DNA of 64,000 bases from an uncultured delta proteobacterium (GCA_963815115.1 CAWFFN010000007.1:416001-480000), one strand, 5' to 3'. Shown: positions 54,910 through 64,000, counted from the first letter of the stretch. The notes: generated from the sequence alone by a model not told the origin. A program made the numbers and translations.

Positions 54910-55653
54910 ATGTCGGCGCGCTCGGGCTTCCCGGCGGCGATGTTGATCGTGGCGGTCGCCGTCGCGGTGGCGGAGGCCGACACCCCGCCGGCGGATCACC
55001 TCCAGTGCTACGGCGTGCGGCGCGATCCACTCCAGCTGCGGGCGCTCGTCGACCTCTTCTCGAGCCAGTACGGGCTCGCCCCCGGCTGCAGGATCCGGAA
55101 GAGCGCCGTCGAGTTCTGCGTTCCCGCGAGCAAGACCGTGCGCGAGGCGCAGGACGGCGGCACGCGCCCGCCCACGCCGATCACGCCGCTCCCCGGCGTC
55201 GGCGCGCCCGCGGCCGGCGACTACGTCTGCTACAAGGTGTCCTGTCCGGACGAGCAGCTGCCAAAGGAGCAGCCGGTGACGGACCAGTTCGGCGGCCGGA
55301 CGCTGGGGCGATTGCGGACGACGAAGCTCTGCACGCCGGCGGTGAAGGGCACGACGACCAGCAGCACCACGACCACCACCACCAGGTGCACTCAGCCCAC
55401 CACGACAACGAATCCGCCGTGCGGCGAGGTCGGCTGCTTCGGCTGGTGCGCGAACGCGCAGTTCTGCGTGTCGACCGGCCCGACCGCGTCGGACTGCGCG
55501 TGCACGGGCGGCCCCCGCCCGTGCGCGTTCACCGGCCCCGGTCCGGACGGCGGCCTGACGTGCGGGGGTACATGTCCGGAGGGGCAGACGTGCCAGCCGA
55601 TCGACACGGATCCGTCGCCGGATTGCGTCTTCCTGTTCTGCGGGTGCCAGTAG
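54910..55653 (+). CDS. Secreted Cys-rich protein with poly-Thr linker
   Basis: Signal peptide; DHLQCY..FCVPASK and DYVCYK..TDQFG..LCTPAVK half-repeats; Thr run; Cys-rich tail. Confidence 0.85.
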   Translation: MSARSGFPAAMLIVAVAVAVAEADTPPADHLQCYGVRRDPLQLRALVDLFSSQYGLAPGCRIRKSAVEFCVPASKTVREAQDGGTRPPTPITPLPGVGAPAAGDYVCYKVSCPDEQLPKEQPVTDQFGGRTLGRLRTTKLCTPAVKGTTTSSTTTTTTRCTQPTTTTNPPCGEVGCFGWCANAQFCVSTGPTASDCACTGGPRPCAFTGPGPDGGLTCGGTCPEGQTCQPIDTDPSPDCVFLFCGCQ

Positions 55654-55660
55654 CCGCCGC

Positions 55661-55795
55661 TCAGCCGCCGACCAGCGCGGCGGCGCGCTCGAAGCACCAG
55701 AACGCGACGAGCGAGCCGATCGCGTAGATCGGCACGAGCCGCGCCCACCCGGGCGGCGCGGCGACGGCGCGACGGAACGCGCAGGGGCGCAGCTG
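55661..55795 (-). pseudogene. C-terminal remnant of a HupE/UreJ-like membrane protein
   Basis: ARLVPIYAIGSLVAFWCFER; upstream part absent. Confidence 0.6.
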
Positions 55796-55830
55796 TGACG
55801 GCAGCAGGTGTTCGTACTCGAACTCGACGC

Positions 55831-56152
55831 TCACCCGTGGACCTCGATCAACGCGAACGAGGTTGTCGCCGATACCGCCGCGCTGGTCTCGATCCGGACC
55901 TGGGAGGATGGCGGATACACGACCACTCCCCACGCGCCGTTCGTGCCCGAGAACATCGCCTGCGACGTCACCGAACTCCAGGGATCGAGATAACGGAGCC
56001 AGGCGCCACCAATGATCGGCTGGAACGCGGCATACCACGTGTTCGCTGCCGCCGAGCTGACGCCAACCAGCAGCGCGCGGTCAGTCGCTGCTAGGGTGAA
56101 CGCCGACGACACGGTCTGTCCGGCGACGACAGTGCCGTAGAAAGACCGCCAT
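55831..56152 (-). CDS. Hypothetical beta-rich, possibly virion-associated protein (frameshift near 56140)
   Basis: ATG at 56152 is one base out of frame with ORF 55831..56112; tightly coupled to upstream small ORFs. Confidence 0.5.
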
Positions 56153-56153
56153 G

Positions 56154-56318
56154 TCAGGGCTCGATGATCTTGCCGAGGAGGACGCGCTGCGCCACCAGGG
56201 CATCGCGGATCGCCGTGAGCCCGGCGTCGGGGGTGCGCTTGAGCACGCCGTCGAGGCGGCTGATCGCCGTCGAGAGATAGTCGCGCGCTTCCCGGAGTTC
56301 CACGTCCCAGTCCGCCAT
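56154..56318 (-). CDS. Small hypothetical protein
   Basis: MADWDVELREARDYL..; operon spacing. Confidence 0.55.
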   Translation of the reverse strand: MADWDVELREARDYLSTAISRLDGVLKRTPDAGLTAIRDALVAQRVLLGKIIEP

Positions 56319-56320
56319 GT

Positions 56321-56509
56321 TCAACCCGCCTTCGCGATCGCAGTCGCCGCCAGCGCGTCCAGCACGCGACGGGCGCGATGCGCCAAGCCTTCGGCCTTCT
56401 GGCTCTCGATGCTGCCGCTGCGCCGCAGCGCGTCCGCGGCGAGCATGTCGACGCTGTCGAGCGTGAGTCGCAGGGCTTCGTAGAGATCGAGATCGGTGTT
56501 CATGTTCAT
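56321..56509 (-). CDS. Small hypothetical protein
   Basis: GGAGG RBS; ATG overlaps upstream stop. Confidence 0.55.
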   Translation of the reverse strand: MNMNTDLDLYEALRLTLDSVDMLAADALRRSGSIESQKAEGLAHRARRVLDALAATAIAKAG

Positions 56510-58131
56510 GCCGCCACCTCCCGCTGCGCCAGCCGCTTTTCGGCCCACTGCTGCAGGTAGACCTGGCCTGCTCTAGCGTCATGTTCGCCGCGAGGATCTC
56601 GTTGGCCAGGTCCTGTGGCACGATGAGGGTCGTCACGAAGCGGAACTCGTGCCACGGCTTCGTCTCGTCCTCGCCGAAGCTGCTCGCCCACGGCCGGATG
56701 TGCACCTTGCTCTGCGTTTCCCACAACGTTCCCCGCTGCAGCGTCGCCCGCGCCGTCTCCAGGTCCTTGGCGATGTAGTAGAGGCCGCAGTGTTGATCCG
56801 CCGGCACTGTCGCCAGCGCCGCTTGCACCAGTTGCTGCGCGCGGCTCATCGGGAGGCCAACGGATGCCCGGTGCGAACCATAATTTCGCCGATGCGCAGC
56901 CGCTCGCTGTAACGCGCGGCGAGAGGTTGTGCTTCCGGCCGATCGCAACGAGGGCTTCCTCGAACTCGTCCGCGGTACTGTGTCGCTGTTCGCTCGCGGC
57001 CACGTGGCGCACCAGAGATTGCTTCAGCGGATCGGCCGCCACGTCCTCGGCGCTGAAGTTGTACCTGGCCCGCACGGCGTCCCGCCGCTCGGCCAGCGTG
57101 GTACGCGCCGGCTTCGGCACCCGCAGTTGATCGAGATCAACGGGGACGTCGTGCACGGCGACGGGCAGACCGTCCTGGTCCTCGAGGTGCGCGATCGCCA
57201 GCGCGAAGCTGTCTTGGCTGCCGCCGCTGGGGTCGACAAAGCCGTGGTAGGTCAGGTCTCGGAGCGGCCGGAGCCCTTGCCGCCCAGGAACCACGCAACC
57301 CTCGAGCACCTCGCGATCGACGAACCCCGCGACGTCGGTTCTGAACTGCGCCCCGTACTCGGCCGCGGCGGCGACCGGGTCCGCCTCGTACGCGGCCTCG
57401 ATGATCCGCGCCGGCAGCACCGGGTTCATGGTCGCCGTGGGACTGCACCACACGAGCACCGGATCGTCCTCGCGCCCGTAATGGCTCCGGAACGCCTGCC
57501 ACAACGCCCCGCGCCGGCTGTAGGGCGAGCTGATGCAGACCAATCTGGCGCCGGGGAGCGTGCTCAGCCCCGGGCGGACTGCGGCCAGCACCTCGGTATC
57601 CGGCTCGGTGGTGCTCTCGGAGCGCCAGTAGGCCAGCTCGTCGCAGATCACGCAGGCGAAGCTGTAGCCGCGCGTCCCCCTGGCCGATGCCGTCGTCACC
57701 TCGACGCGCGCCCGGCCGGTGAACTCGATGCTCTCGGCCGACCGCCGCACCACCTGCGCCGCAAGTGGCGGACACGCGTCCACCAACCCCTCGACGTACT
57801 GCAGCACGTTGCGACTCTGCGGTCGGTCGCTGGCGACGATGGCGATCGTTGCCCACTCGCCCGGCGCCAGGTGCGGGCGCCAATCCCGCAGCACCGCCGC
57901 CTCGACGGCGAGCGCTGCCGCAAGCCGACTCTTGCCACCGCGTCGGCCGACGATCGCGTACGCCTCCACCACTGGCGCCGTCGGAAGCCGCTGGCGTCCA
58001 GTACAGCGCTGGAACAGCTCGAGGGCTTCTCCGTGCACGGGACGGCCGTCCAGGGCCGCCTTGAACGTGCGCCAGGGCCGCCAGGACGCCGCGCGGAAGT
58101 CCGGGAAGAGCCGGAGGACGTCTGGCGTCAC
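56506..58131 (-). pseudogene. terL: Phage terminase large subunit, truncated in the nuclease domain and fused to unrelated sequence
   Basis: Walker A VGRRGGKS, Walker B VICDE, coupling motif ISSP, nuclease start FVDPSGG; resemblance lost at ~57150. Confidence 0.85.
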
Positions 58132-58527
58132 GCCTCGCCCTCCTGCGCCTCTGCCTCCTGGGCGCGGATGAACTCGGGCAGCGACGGCACCGGCTGCGCG
58201 CGACGCTGGAGTCCGATGTCGCACAGCAGCGATTGCAGGTGCGCCTCGGCCCGGCGCACGTGTTCGACGACCGGCCACTCACGCCGATGACGCCGATCGA
58301 CCTGACAGCGCATGGTCGCGATGTAGGCGTTAGTCCTGGTCACGCGCATGGCAGCAGCGACGGCCAGGTCGATCAGGATGCCCTTCGCCGTCGACACCTG
58401 CTCGGCACCGCCGCAGTCGGCCATCAGCTGCTCGCGCAGCAGTGCCATCGCTTTCCTGTTCCTCGGGCGTGAGCGTCTTCACGTAGAAGCTCGAGCGCCT
58501 GTACGGTCGCTTTGCCGGCGTATCCAT
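58128..58527 (-). CDS. Putative terminase small subunit (frameshift near 58450)
   Basis: Overlaps terL start (GTGA); helical DCGG..VSTAK..LIDLA, IGLQRRAQPVPSL. Confidence 0.55.
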
Positions 58528-58566
58528 GCCCGACCTTGTCCTCGAGGAAGAGCCTATCAGGATCGC

Positions 58567-58735
58567 GGGGACACCGCAGGGGACACTGACCGGAAACCCG
58601 CGCCCAGCATGGACTTTTCGGCGGACATGTGCTCGCCGAGCACAGGCGCTGTGCCTCGAGCACGTCTTGGCGGCAATGCGCCGCTCGACGCGATCAGCGC
58701 AGTGTCGCACAGCATGGTGTCCCCTGAGTGTCCCC
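58567..58735. repeat. Two oppositely oriented pairs of GGGGACAC (putative arm sites near right end of B)
   Basis: GGGGACAC at 58567 and 58579; GTGTCCCC at 58717 and 58728. Confidence 0.7.
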
Positions 58736-58842
58736 GACACCACGCCATCGCAGGACAATGGACGAGCAGGGGCGTGCAAGAGGATACTTGAGACGACGGA
58801 CCTTCCGGTGCTGTGCGCTGTCCTGGTTCCCTGGGCCGCAGC

Positions 58843-58886
58843 GCTTGCCAAGCACAAGGTCGTCGGTTCGACCCCGATCACCCGCT
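58843..58886 (+). tRNA. 3' half of tRNA-Gly(GCC) (right att site of element B)
   Basis: Identical to 53176-53219; upstream sequence unrelated to the tRNA. Confidence 0.93.
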
Positions 58887-58947
58887 CTCAAGAAATCACG
58901 CACTTGGAAGCGCCCGACGCGTGTCGGCCTGCCTTTGCGGGTCGCCT

Positions 58948-59469
58948 CTACTGGTGCGGTGCCGGCCGGAGCCGTGGAATCCACCGCGGCACGGCGTGGC
59001 AGTACGTCTCGTACTCCGCACCGAACTGCCGTCGCAATGTCGGCTCCTCGTAGAGCACGACGAAGAGGTGGAAAGCGAGGGCGACGACGGCCGCATACGT
59101 GAACACGGCGGGGCTCGCGAAGAGGAATGCCTGTCCCACCAGGAGCGTTAGCACCGAGACGTAGCCCGGGTTGCGCACCCAGCGGAATGGCCCCCCCACG
59201 ACGAGATGTTCGGTCGGGGCGATCGGCGCAGGCGTCCCGTTGCCCTCGATCACGAAGCGCAGGTTGAACGCGGCAAAGAGCGGCAGCGCGAGCACGAGCA
59301 GCACGACCCCAAGCCAGCGCGTCATGGTCAACCCCAGCAACGGCGGCGCGAAGCGCCAGCCGGTGAGGAGCCACGGCCCGAGGACGACCACGGTGCCCGG
59401 CACGAGCAGAACGAAGATGATCGTGCCGAACGCTGCCCGGCGCAGCGCGCGTTGCTGGTCCCGTGTCAT
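58948..59469 (-). CDS. Isoprenylcysteine/phospholipid methyltransferase family membrane protein
   Basis: GTPAPIAPT..LVVGGPFRWVRNP.Y, EEPTLRRQFG.EY..Y..VPRW. Confidence 0.9.
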   Translation of the reverse strand: MTRDQQRALRRAAFGTIIFVLLVPGTVVVLGPWLLTGWRFAPPLLGLTMTRWLGVVLLVLALPLFAAFNLRFVIEGNGTPAPIAPTEHLVVGGPFRWVRNPGYVSVLTLLVGQAFLFASPAVFTYAAVVALAFHLFVVLYEEPTLRRQFGAEYETYCHAVPRWIPRLRPAPHQ

Positions 59470-59669
59470 GGCGCGACCCGAGCATGCCATCGACCGGAGG
59501 TCGTGGGGAAGGTTGACGCTGGCGGCCGAGCTCGAGCGCGAGCCATCGGCCGGTCCGCCGTCGTCGTCTCGGCGTGCGGAGCGAGTCAACTGCCGGCGCC
59601 GAACGGAACGTCTCGACGATTCGAGCAACCGTGTCGGCGCGCCGTGCGTTCGGATTCCCACATCAACAG

Positions 59670-59897
59670 GCGCCAGGATTCCCCGATATCTTCACCGGAG
59701 TGGAGGCGATCCTTGCCCGCTACCCGACGGATCTGGTGCTCGTTCGCCACACCGATCCGGTCGAGGCGGGGCTCGCGGCACGGAAGGCGTGGCGTCCGGT
59801 CTACCGCGACGATGCCTTCACCCTGTTTGCCCGGCCCGGGCTGGACCTGCCGGTCGTGGATCGATCGGGCGTCCGGCTGCTCGGGAGCTATCCCTAG
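59670..59897 (+). pseudogene. Orphan C-terminal fragment of a hypothetical protein
   Basis: AILARYPTDLVLV..WRPVYRDDAFTLFAR; no convincing start. Confidence 0.45.
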
Positions 59898-59900
59898 CGC

Positions 59901-61145
59901 TCAGTGCGCTCCCCGGCTCTTCGGCAGATGGACGACGAAGGTGCTGCCGCGCGCGACCTCGCTCTGCACCTCGATCCGGCCGCCGTGCAGGTCCACCCAC
60001 TGGCGGACGATCGCCAGGCCGAGGCCCGTCCCGCGCTCCCCCGCCGTCCCGGTGGCGCTGGTCGGCTTCTGGAGGTCGAAGATGCGCTTCAGGATCTCGG
60101 TCGACATCCCCACGCCCGTGTCCGCGACGCTGAGCCGCGCGCCGCCCTGCTCGGGCTCGACCGTCACGGTCACCTGCCCGTTCCGCGGGGTGAACTTGAT
60201 GGCGTTGGTGAGCAGGTTGTTGACGATCTGCTCCACCTTGAGGCGGTCGGCCTGGACGCTCGTCTCGGCGGCCTCGATCCGCAACGCCACCGAGATGCCC
60301 TTCGCACGCGTATTGAACTCCTGCGCCCTGATGGACTCGTCGACGACCTCGCTGAGCCGCACCTCCGTGGGCTCCAGCTCCACGCGCCCGGTCGCATGGC
60401 GGGCCAGGTCCAGCAGATCCGTGATCAGCGCGTTCAGATGCTCCGCCGCGTCGCTGACGCTCTGCAGCAGCTCGTGACGCCTCGCCTCCGGCATCCTCGA
60501 ACCCTTGCGGCGGATCAGCTCGGTGACGGCGCTGATCCCGCTCAGCGGCGACTTCATGTCGTGCGAGACGATGGCGAGGAACTCGTCCTTCATGCGCACG
60601 AGCTCCCGCAGGTGCTCGGTCGCCGCCGTCAACGCCTCGGTTCGTGCCCGCACCCGCTCCTCGAGCTGCTCGTTGGCCCGTTCCAGCTCGCCGACCTTGG
60701 CGTGCAGCTTGGCGGTGAGCACTCGCAGGTGCTCGCGGTCGAACTCCTCGCCCGTCGCGCCCACGGGGAGGGCTGCTGGCACGCCGAGCGCGTCGTTCAC
60801 GATCCTCATCACGCTCTCCGGATCACAGGGCTTGACGATGATGTGTCTCACGCCGCACGCCTCGGCGAGGCTGCGTGCCTCGCCCTCGAGATACGTCGCC
60901 GTGTAGAAGACGACGCGGGTGCTGGCGATGTCCGGGTCGCTCCGCAGCAGGCGGACGAAGTCGTATCCGTCGAGCTCGGGCATGAGAATGTCCGTGATGA
61001 CGAGATCGGGATGCCTGGCGCGCACCGTCGCGAGCGCCGCGGCGCCGCTGGACTCCTCGAGCATCGCGTGTCCGCCGTAGCCCAGCAACGTCATCAGGAA
61101 GTCACGGTTGGCGGCGCGATCGTCCACGACGAGGATCGTGGCCAT
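59901..61145 (-). CDS. Hybrid sensor histidine kinase (REC-HisKA-HATPase)
   Basis: ILVVDD, DILMP; SHDMKSPL; NLLTNAIKF, DTGVG, GTGLGL. Confidence 0.94.
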   Translation of the reverse strand: MATILVVDDRAANRDFLMTLLGYGGHAMLEESSGAAALATVRARHPDLVITDILMPELDGYDFVRLLRSDPDIASTRVVFYTATYLEGEARSLAEACGVRHIIVKPCDPESVMRIVNDALGVPAALPVGATGEEFDREHLRVLTAKLHAKVGELERANEQLEERVRARTEALTAATEHLRELVRMKDEFLAIVSHDMKSPLSGISAVTELIRRKGSRMPEARRHELLQSVSDAAEHLNALITDLLDLARHATGRVELEPTEVRLSEVVDESIRAQEFNTRAKGISVALRIEAAETSVQADRLKVEQIVNNLLTNAIKFTPRNGQVTVTVEPEQGGARLSVADTGVGMSTEILKRIFDLQKPTSATGTAGERGTGLGLAIVRQWVDLHGGRIEVQSEVARGSTFVVHLPKSRGAH

Positions 61146-61147
61146 GC

Positions 61148-61975
61148 TCAAGGCTCCTTGCCCTGGAGGCACTCTTCGATCGCCGCGAGAAGATTCTGCG
61201 GTTCGATGGGGCGCTGGATGAATCGATGCACGCCTGCGGCTAGGCAGTCCCGCCGCTCGTGGCCGCTGACCGCGGTGGAGGAGACGATGACGAACGGGAT
61301 CGCCTTCAGGACCGGGTGGCTCTTTGCCGCGGTCAGGAAGTCGTAGCCGCTGGCGCCCGGCATGTGCATGTCCGACACGATCACGTCGGGCGGGTCCCGC
61401 GCCGCGAGGGTCAGGCCATCCTGGACGGAGCGCGTGGTGGTGACGTCGAACCCCAGCGGCTCGAACGTGCTTCGCATCAGGCTGAGGTTCACGGGCGAGT
61501 CGTCGACCACGAGGAGCCGGGCGTGCGAGGGCCCCCGCGCCGGCGTGGGGTACGGCGCGGGCTCGGATCGGTCGGCGTCCGGCTCGATCATCCGCCGGCG
61601 GCGCTGTTCGGGATGGAGGAACGCTTCCACCTGCCCGACGAACGTCTCGGGAGCGATCGGCTTGGCGATGTAGCCGTCGAAGCCCGCCGCCAGCATCCGG
61701 TCGCGGTCCCCCACCATGGCGAGCGCGGTGACGGCCACGACGGGGATGAAACGCAATGCGGGGTCGGCCTTGAGCCGGCGGACGACCTCGTATCCGTCCA
61801 CCCGCGGCATCTGGACGTCGCAGATGACGAAGTCGGGTCGTTCCCGGCCGACGGCGGCCAGGCCTGCGTCGCCGTCGCGGGCCGTGCTCGTCGAGTAACC
61901 CGAGGCCGTGAGCAGATAGGTGATCAGGTCGAGATTGGCCTGATTGTCCTCGATCACGAGGATGCGAGTCGACAT
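61148..61975 (-). CDS. Double receiver-domain response regulator
   Basis: REC1 IEDN..DVQMP..TALAMVGD..AKP; REC2 VVDD..DMHMP. Confidence 0.93.
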   Translation of the reverse strand: MSTRILVIEDNQANLDLITYLLTASGYSTSTARDGDAGLAAVGRERPDFVICDVQMPRVDGYEVVRRLKADPALRFIPVVAVTALAMVGDRDRMLAAGFDGYIAKPIAPETFVGQVEAFLHPEQRRRRMIEPDADRSEPAPYPTPARGPSHARLLVVDDSPVNLSLMRSTFEPLGFDVTTTRSVQDGLTLAARDPPDVIVSDMHMPGASGYDFLTAAKSHPVLKAIPFVIVSSTAVSGHERRDCLAAGVHRFIQRPIEPQNLLAAIEECLQGKEP

Positions 61976-61985
61976 GGCCGGACGT

Positions 61986-63968
61986 TCACGGGTCGCGGAT
62001 GGTCAGGGTGACCGTGCTGCCACGACCGAATTCACTCTCGAGGGTGATCGCACCCCCGAGCAGGGCGGCCAGCTTCTGACTCAGGTGGAGCCCGAGGCCC
62101 GTACCCTCCTGGTGATGTCCGGGAGGGGCCTCGAGCTGCGCGAACGCCCGGAACAGCTTCACCTGGTCTTCGGGACGGATGCCGATGCCGGTGTCGGTCA
62201 CGCTGAACTCCGTGAGCGTCTGCTGGCCGTCCCAGCGCCGCTTCAGCTCGAGACGAACCTCGCCGTGCTGGGTGAACTTGATGGCGTTGTTCGTCAGGTT
62301 GAGCAGAATCTGGCTGAGCGCTCGATGGTCGGTGTCGATGGACATGGGCTCGGACGGCATCTGGAGTACCAGCCGCAGGCCCTTCTGCTCCGCCAGGAGC
62401 CGCAACGCGCTGGCCGTGTCGTCGACGACCTGCTGGGCGACCACCGGTTCGAGCCGGAGCTCCACCTTGCCGGACTCGATCTTCGCCAGGTCGAGGAGGT
62501 CGTTGATCAGCGAGAGCAGGTGCTTCGCGCTGCTCTGAACGGTCCTGAGCTGCCTGTCCTGGTCGGGCGTCAGCGGTCCCGGGAGCTTCATGAGCAGGGT
62601 GCCGGTGAAGCCGATGATGGCGTTGAGCGGCGTCCGGAGCTCGTGCGACATGCTGGCCAGGAAGCGGTCCTTGGCGCGGCTCGCCGCTTCGAGCTCGGCA
62701 GTTCGTTCGGCGACGCGCCGCTCGAGATCGGTGTTGAGCTTGCGAATCTCCTCCTCCCCGCGCTTCCGCTCGGTGATGTCGATGATCGAGGCCAGGACGA
62801 ACAATCCCTCCGAGGTCTTGATGGGGTTGAGGCCGATCTCGATCGGGACCTCCGTGCCGTCCTTCCGGCGTCCGAACAGATCGCGTCCGGCCCCCATCGA
62901 GCGCGTCTTCGGGTCGGCGAGGAAGCTGGTGCGATAGCCCGGATGGTCGTGGCGGAAGCGCTCCGGAACGAGGATCTCGACGGGTTTCCCGATGAGCTCG
63001 CTGCGCGTGTAGCGGAACACCGCTTCCACCTGGGCATTCACCAGCGTGATGCGGCCCTCCGCGTTCACCATGATCATCGCGTTTGGCGCAGCTTCCACCA
63101 CCAGCCGCAGCCGATCCTCCGCTTCCCGGCGCTCGGTAATGTCGCTCATCGAGGCGAGGACGAACGTGCCTTCGATGGTCTGGATCGGATTGAGGCCGAT
63201 CTCGATGGACACTTCCGTGCCGTCCTTCTTGAGGCCGACGAGCTGACGACCCCTCATGGGACGGACACTCGGGTCGCCGAAGAACTCCGTGCGGAAGTGC
63301 GCGTGTGAGGCGCGGAAGCGCCCGGGCATCAACAGCTCGATGGGCTTCCCCAGGAGCTCGCTGCGCGCATGGCCGAACAGGGCCTCGACCTGGGCGTTGA
63401 CCAGGACGATCTGGCCTTCCGGGTCCGTCATGACGATGGCGTTGGGGGCCGCCTCCACGGTCATGCGGAGGCGGCTCGCCTGCCTGCCGTCGGTCGCGTC
63501 GCGCGTGATCTTCGAGAAGCCGCGCAGAGTTCCATCGGGAGCACGCAACGCCGTGATGCTGACGCTGGCCCAGAATCGCGTGCCGTCCTTGCGCAAGCGC
63601 CAGCCCTCGTCCTCGCAGCGGCCGCGCGCCGCGGCGGTCCTGAGCGCGTCGTCGGGCTTGCCGCGCTCGACGTCGGCGCGCGAATAGAAGCGAGAGAAGT
63701 GCTGGCCGATGATCTCTTCGGCGCGATACCCCTTGATGCGCTCCGCTCCGGCGTTCCAGGTGGTCACGTGTCCCGCCGGGTCCAGCATGAAGATCGCGTA
63801 GTCCTCGATCCCCTCCACGAGAAGGCGAAAGTCGTCTTCGCTGCCTCCCAGTCCATCCGGCGTCTGTCGCTCTACTGGAGTCGTGCCCGGGGACGCGACG
63901 CCGCTCCGATGGGCTACGTCGCTGGGCATCGACGCCTCCGGGGCTTCCGGTTCATCAGCGCCAAGCAT
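61986..63968 (-). CDS. Three-PAS sensor histidine kinase (start uncertain)
   Basis: PAS DYAIFMLD..WNAGAE; two EAAPNA PAS repeats; SHELRTPLN; NAIKF; GTGLGL. Confidence 0.94.
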   Translation of the reverse strand: MLGADEPEAPEASMPSDVAHRSGVASPGTTPVERQTPDGLGGSEDDFRLLVEGIEDYAIFMLDPAGHVTTWNAGAERIKGYRAEEIIGQHFSRFYSRADVERGKPDDALRTAAARGRCEDEGWRLRKDGTRFWASVSITALRAPDGTLRGFSKITRDATDGRQASRLRMTVEAAPNAIVMTDPEGQIVLVNAQVEALFGHARSELLGKPIELLMPGRFRASHAHFRTEFFGDPSVRPMRGRQLVGLKKDGTEVSIEIGLNPIQTIEGTFVLASMSDITERREAEDRLRLVVEAAPNAMIMVNAEGRITLVNAQVEAVFRYTRSELIGKPVEILVPERFRHDHPGYRTSFLADPKTRSMGAGRDLFGRRKDGTEVPIEIGLNPIKTSEGLFVLASIIDITERKRGEEEIRKLNTDLERRVAERTAELEAASRAKDRFLASMSHELRTPLNAIIGFTGTLLMKLPGPLTPDQDRQLRTVQSSAKHLLSLINDLLDLAKIESGKVELRLEPVVAQQVVDDTASALRLLAEQKGLRLVLQMPSEPMSIDTDHRALSQILLNLTNNAIKFTQHGEVRLELKRRWDGQQTLTEFSVTDTGIGIRPEDQVKLFRAFAQLEAPPGHHQEGTGLGLHLSQKLAALLGGAITLESEFGRGSTVTLTIRDP

Positions 63969-64000
63969 CCTCCAGGGTATGGCTTCCTGTCTAGTACCCA

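Larger units (their letters stand above)
53176..58853. mobile_element. Defective element B (~5.7 kb), 3'-half-replacing, terminase-bearing, no integrase; possibly composite
   Basis: 46-bp direct repeat 53176-53221 = 58843-58888. Confidence 0.8.

Noticed and set aside
41609-58886. Archaeal-type split or intron-containing tRNA
   Set aside because: The halves overlap by 11 bp like att cores, an intact copy exists, and an integrase is adjacent.

Overview
GC-rich bacterial chromosome segment. Gene order and the Cys-rich, poly-Thr secreted proteins suggest a Deltaproteobacteria-like lineage such as Candidatus Binatia (inference). Bases 1-36.1 kb are clean housekeeping genes: nrdR-ribD-ribBA-ribH-nusB-leuS-lptE-holA, rpsT, mazG, grxC, purN, comF, greA, rimP-nusA-infB-rbfA-truB-rpsO-pnp, dut, purB-C-S-Q-L-F, nadB, pgsA. 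After pgsA comes an accessory region built around one tRNA-Gly(GCC) present in three pieces: a promoter-bearing 5' half (41609-41649), an intact gene (53146-53219) and a 3' half (58843-58886). All three share the near-palindromic anticodon core GCTTGCCAAGC. The left element (A, 41.6-53.2 kb) appears to restore the tRNA by supplying its own promoter and 5' half directly behind its tyrosine integrase, the reverse of the usual 3'-replacement. The tail of an older element of the same design lies upstream. The right element (B, 53.2-58.85 kb) is a 3'-replacement type carrying IS5 and a defective terminase module. The window ends in a PAS kinase / double-receiver / hybrid kinase cluster. Island genes carry many frameshifts, which may be decay or consensus error. 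All family calls come from motif recognition by eye; no database search was run.
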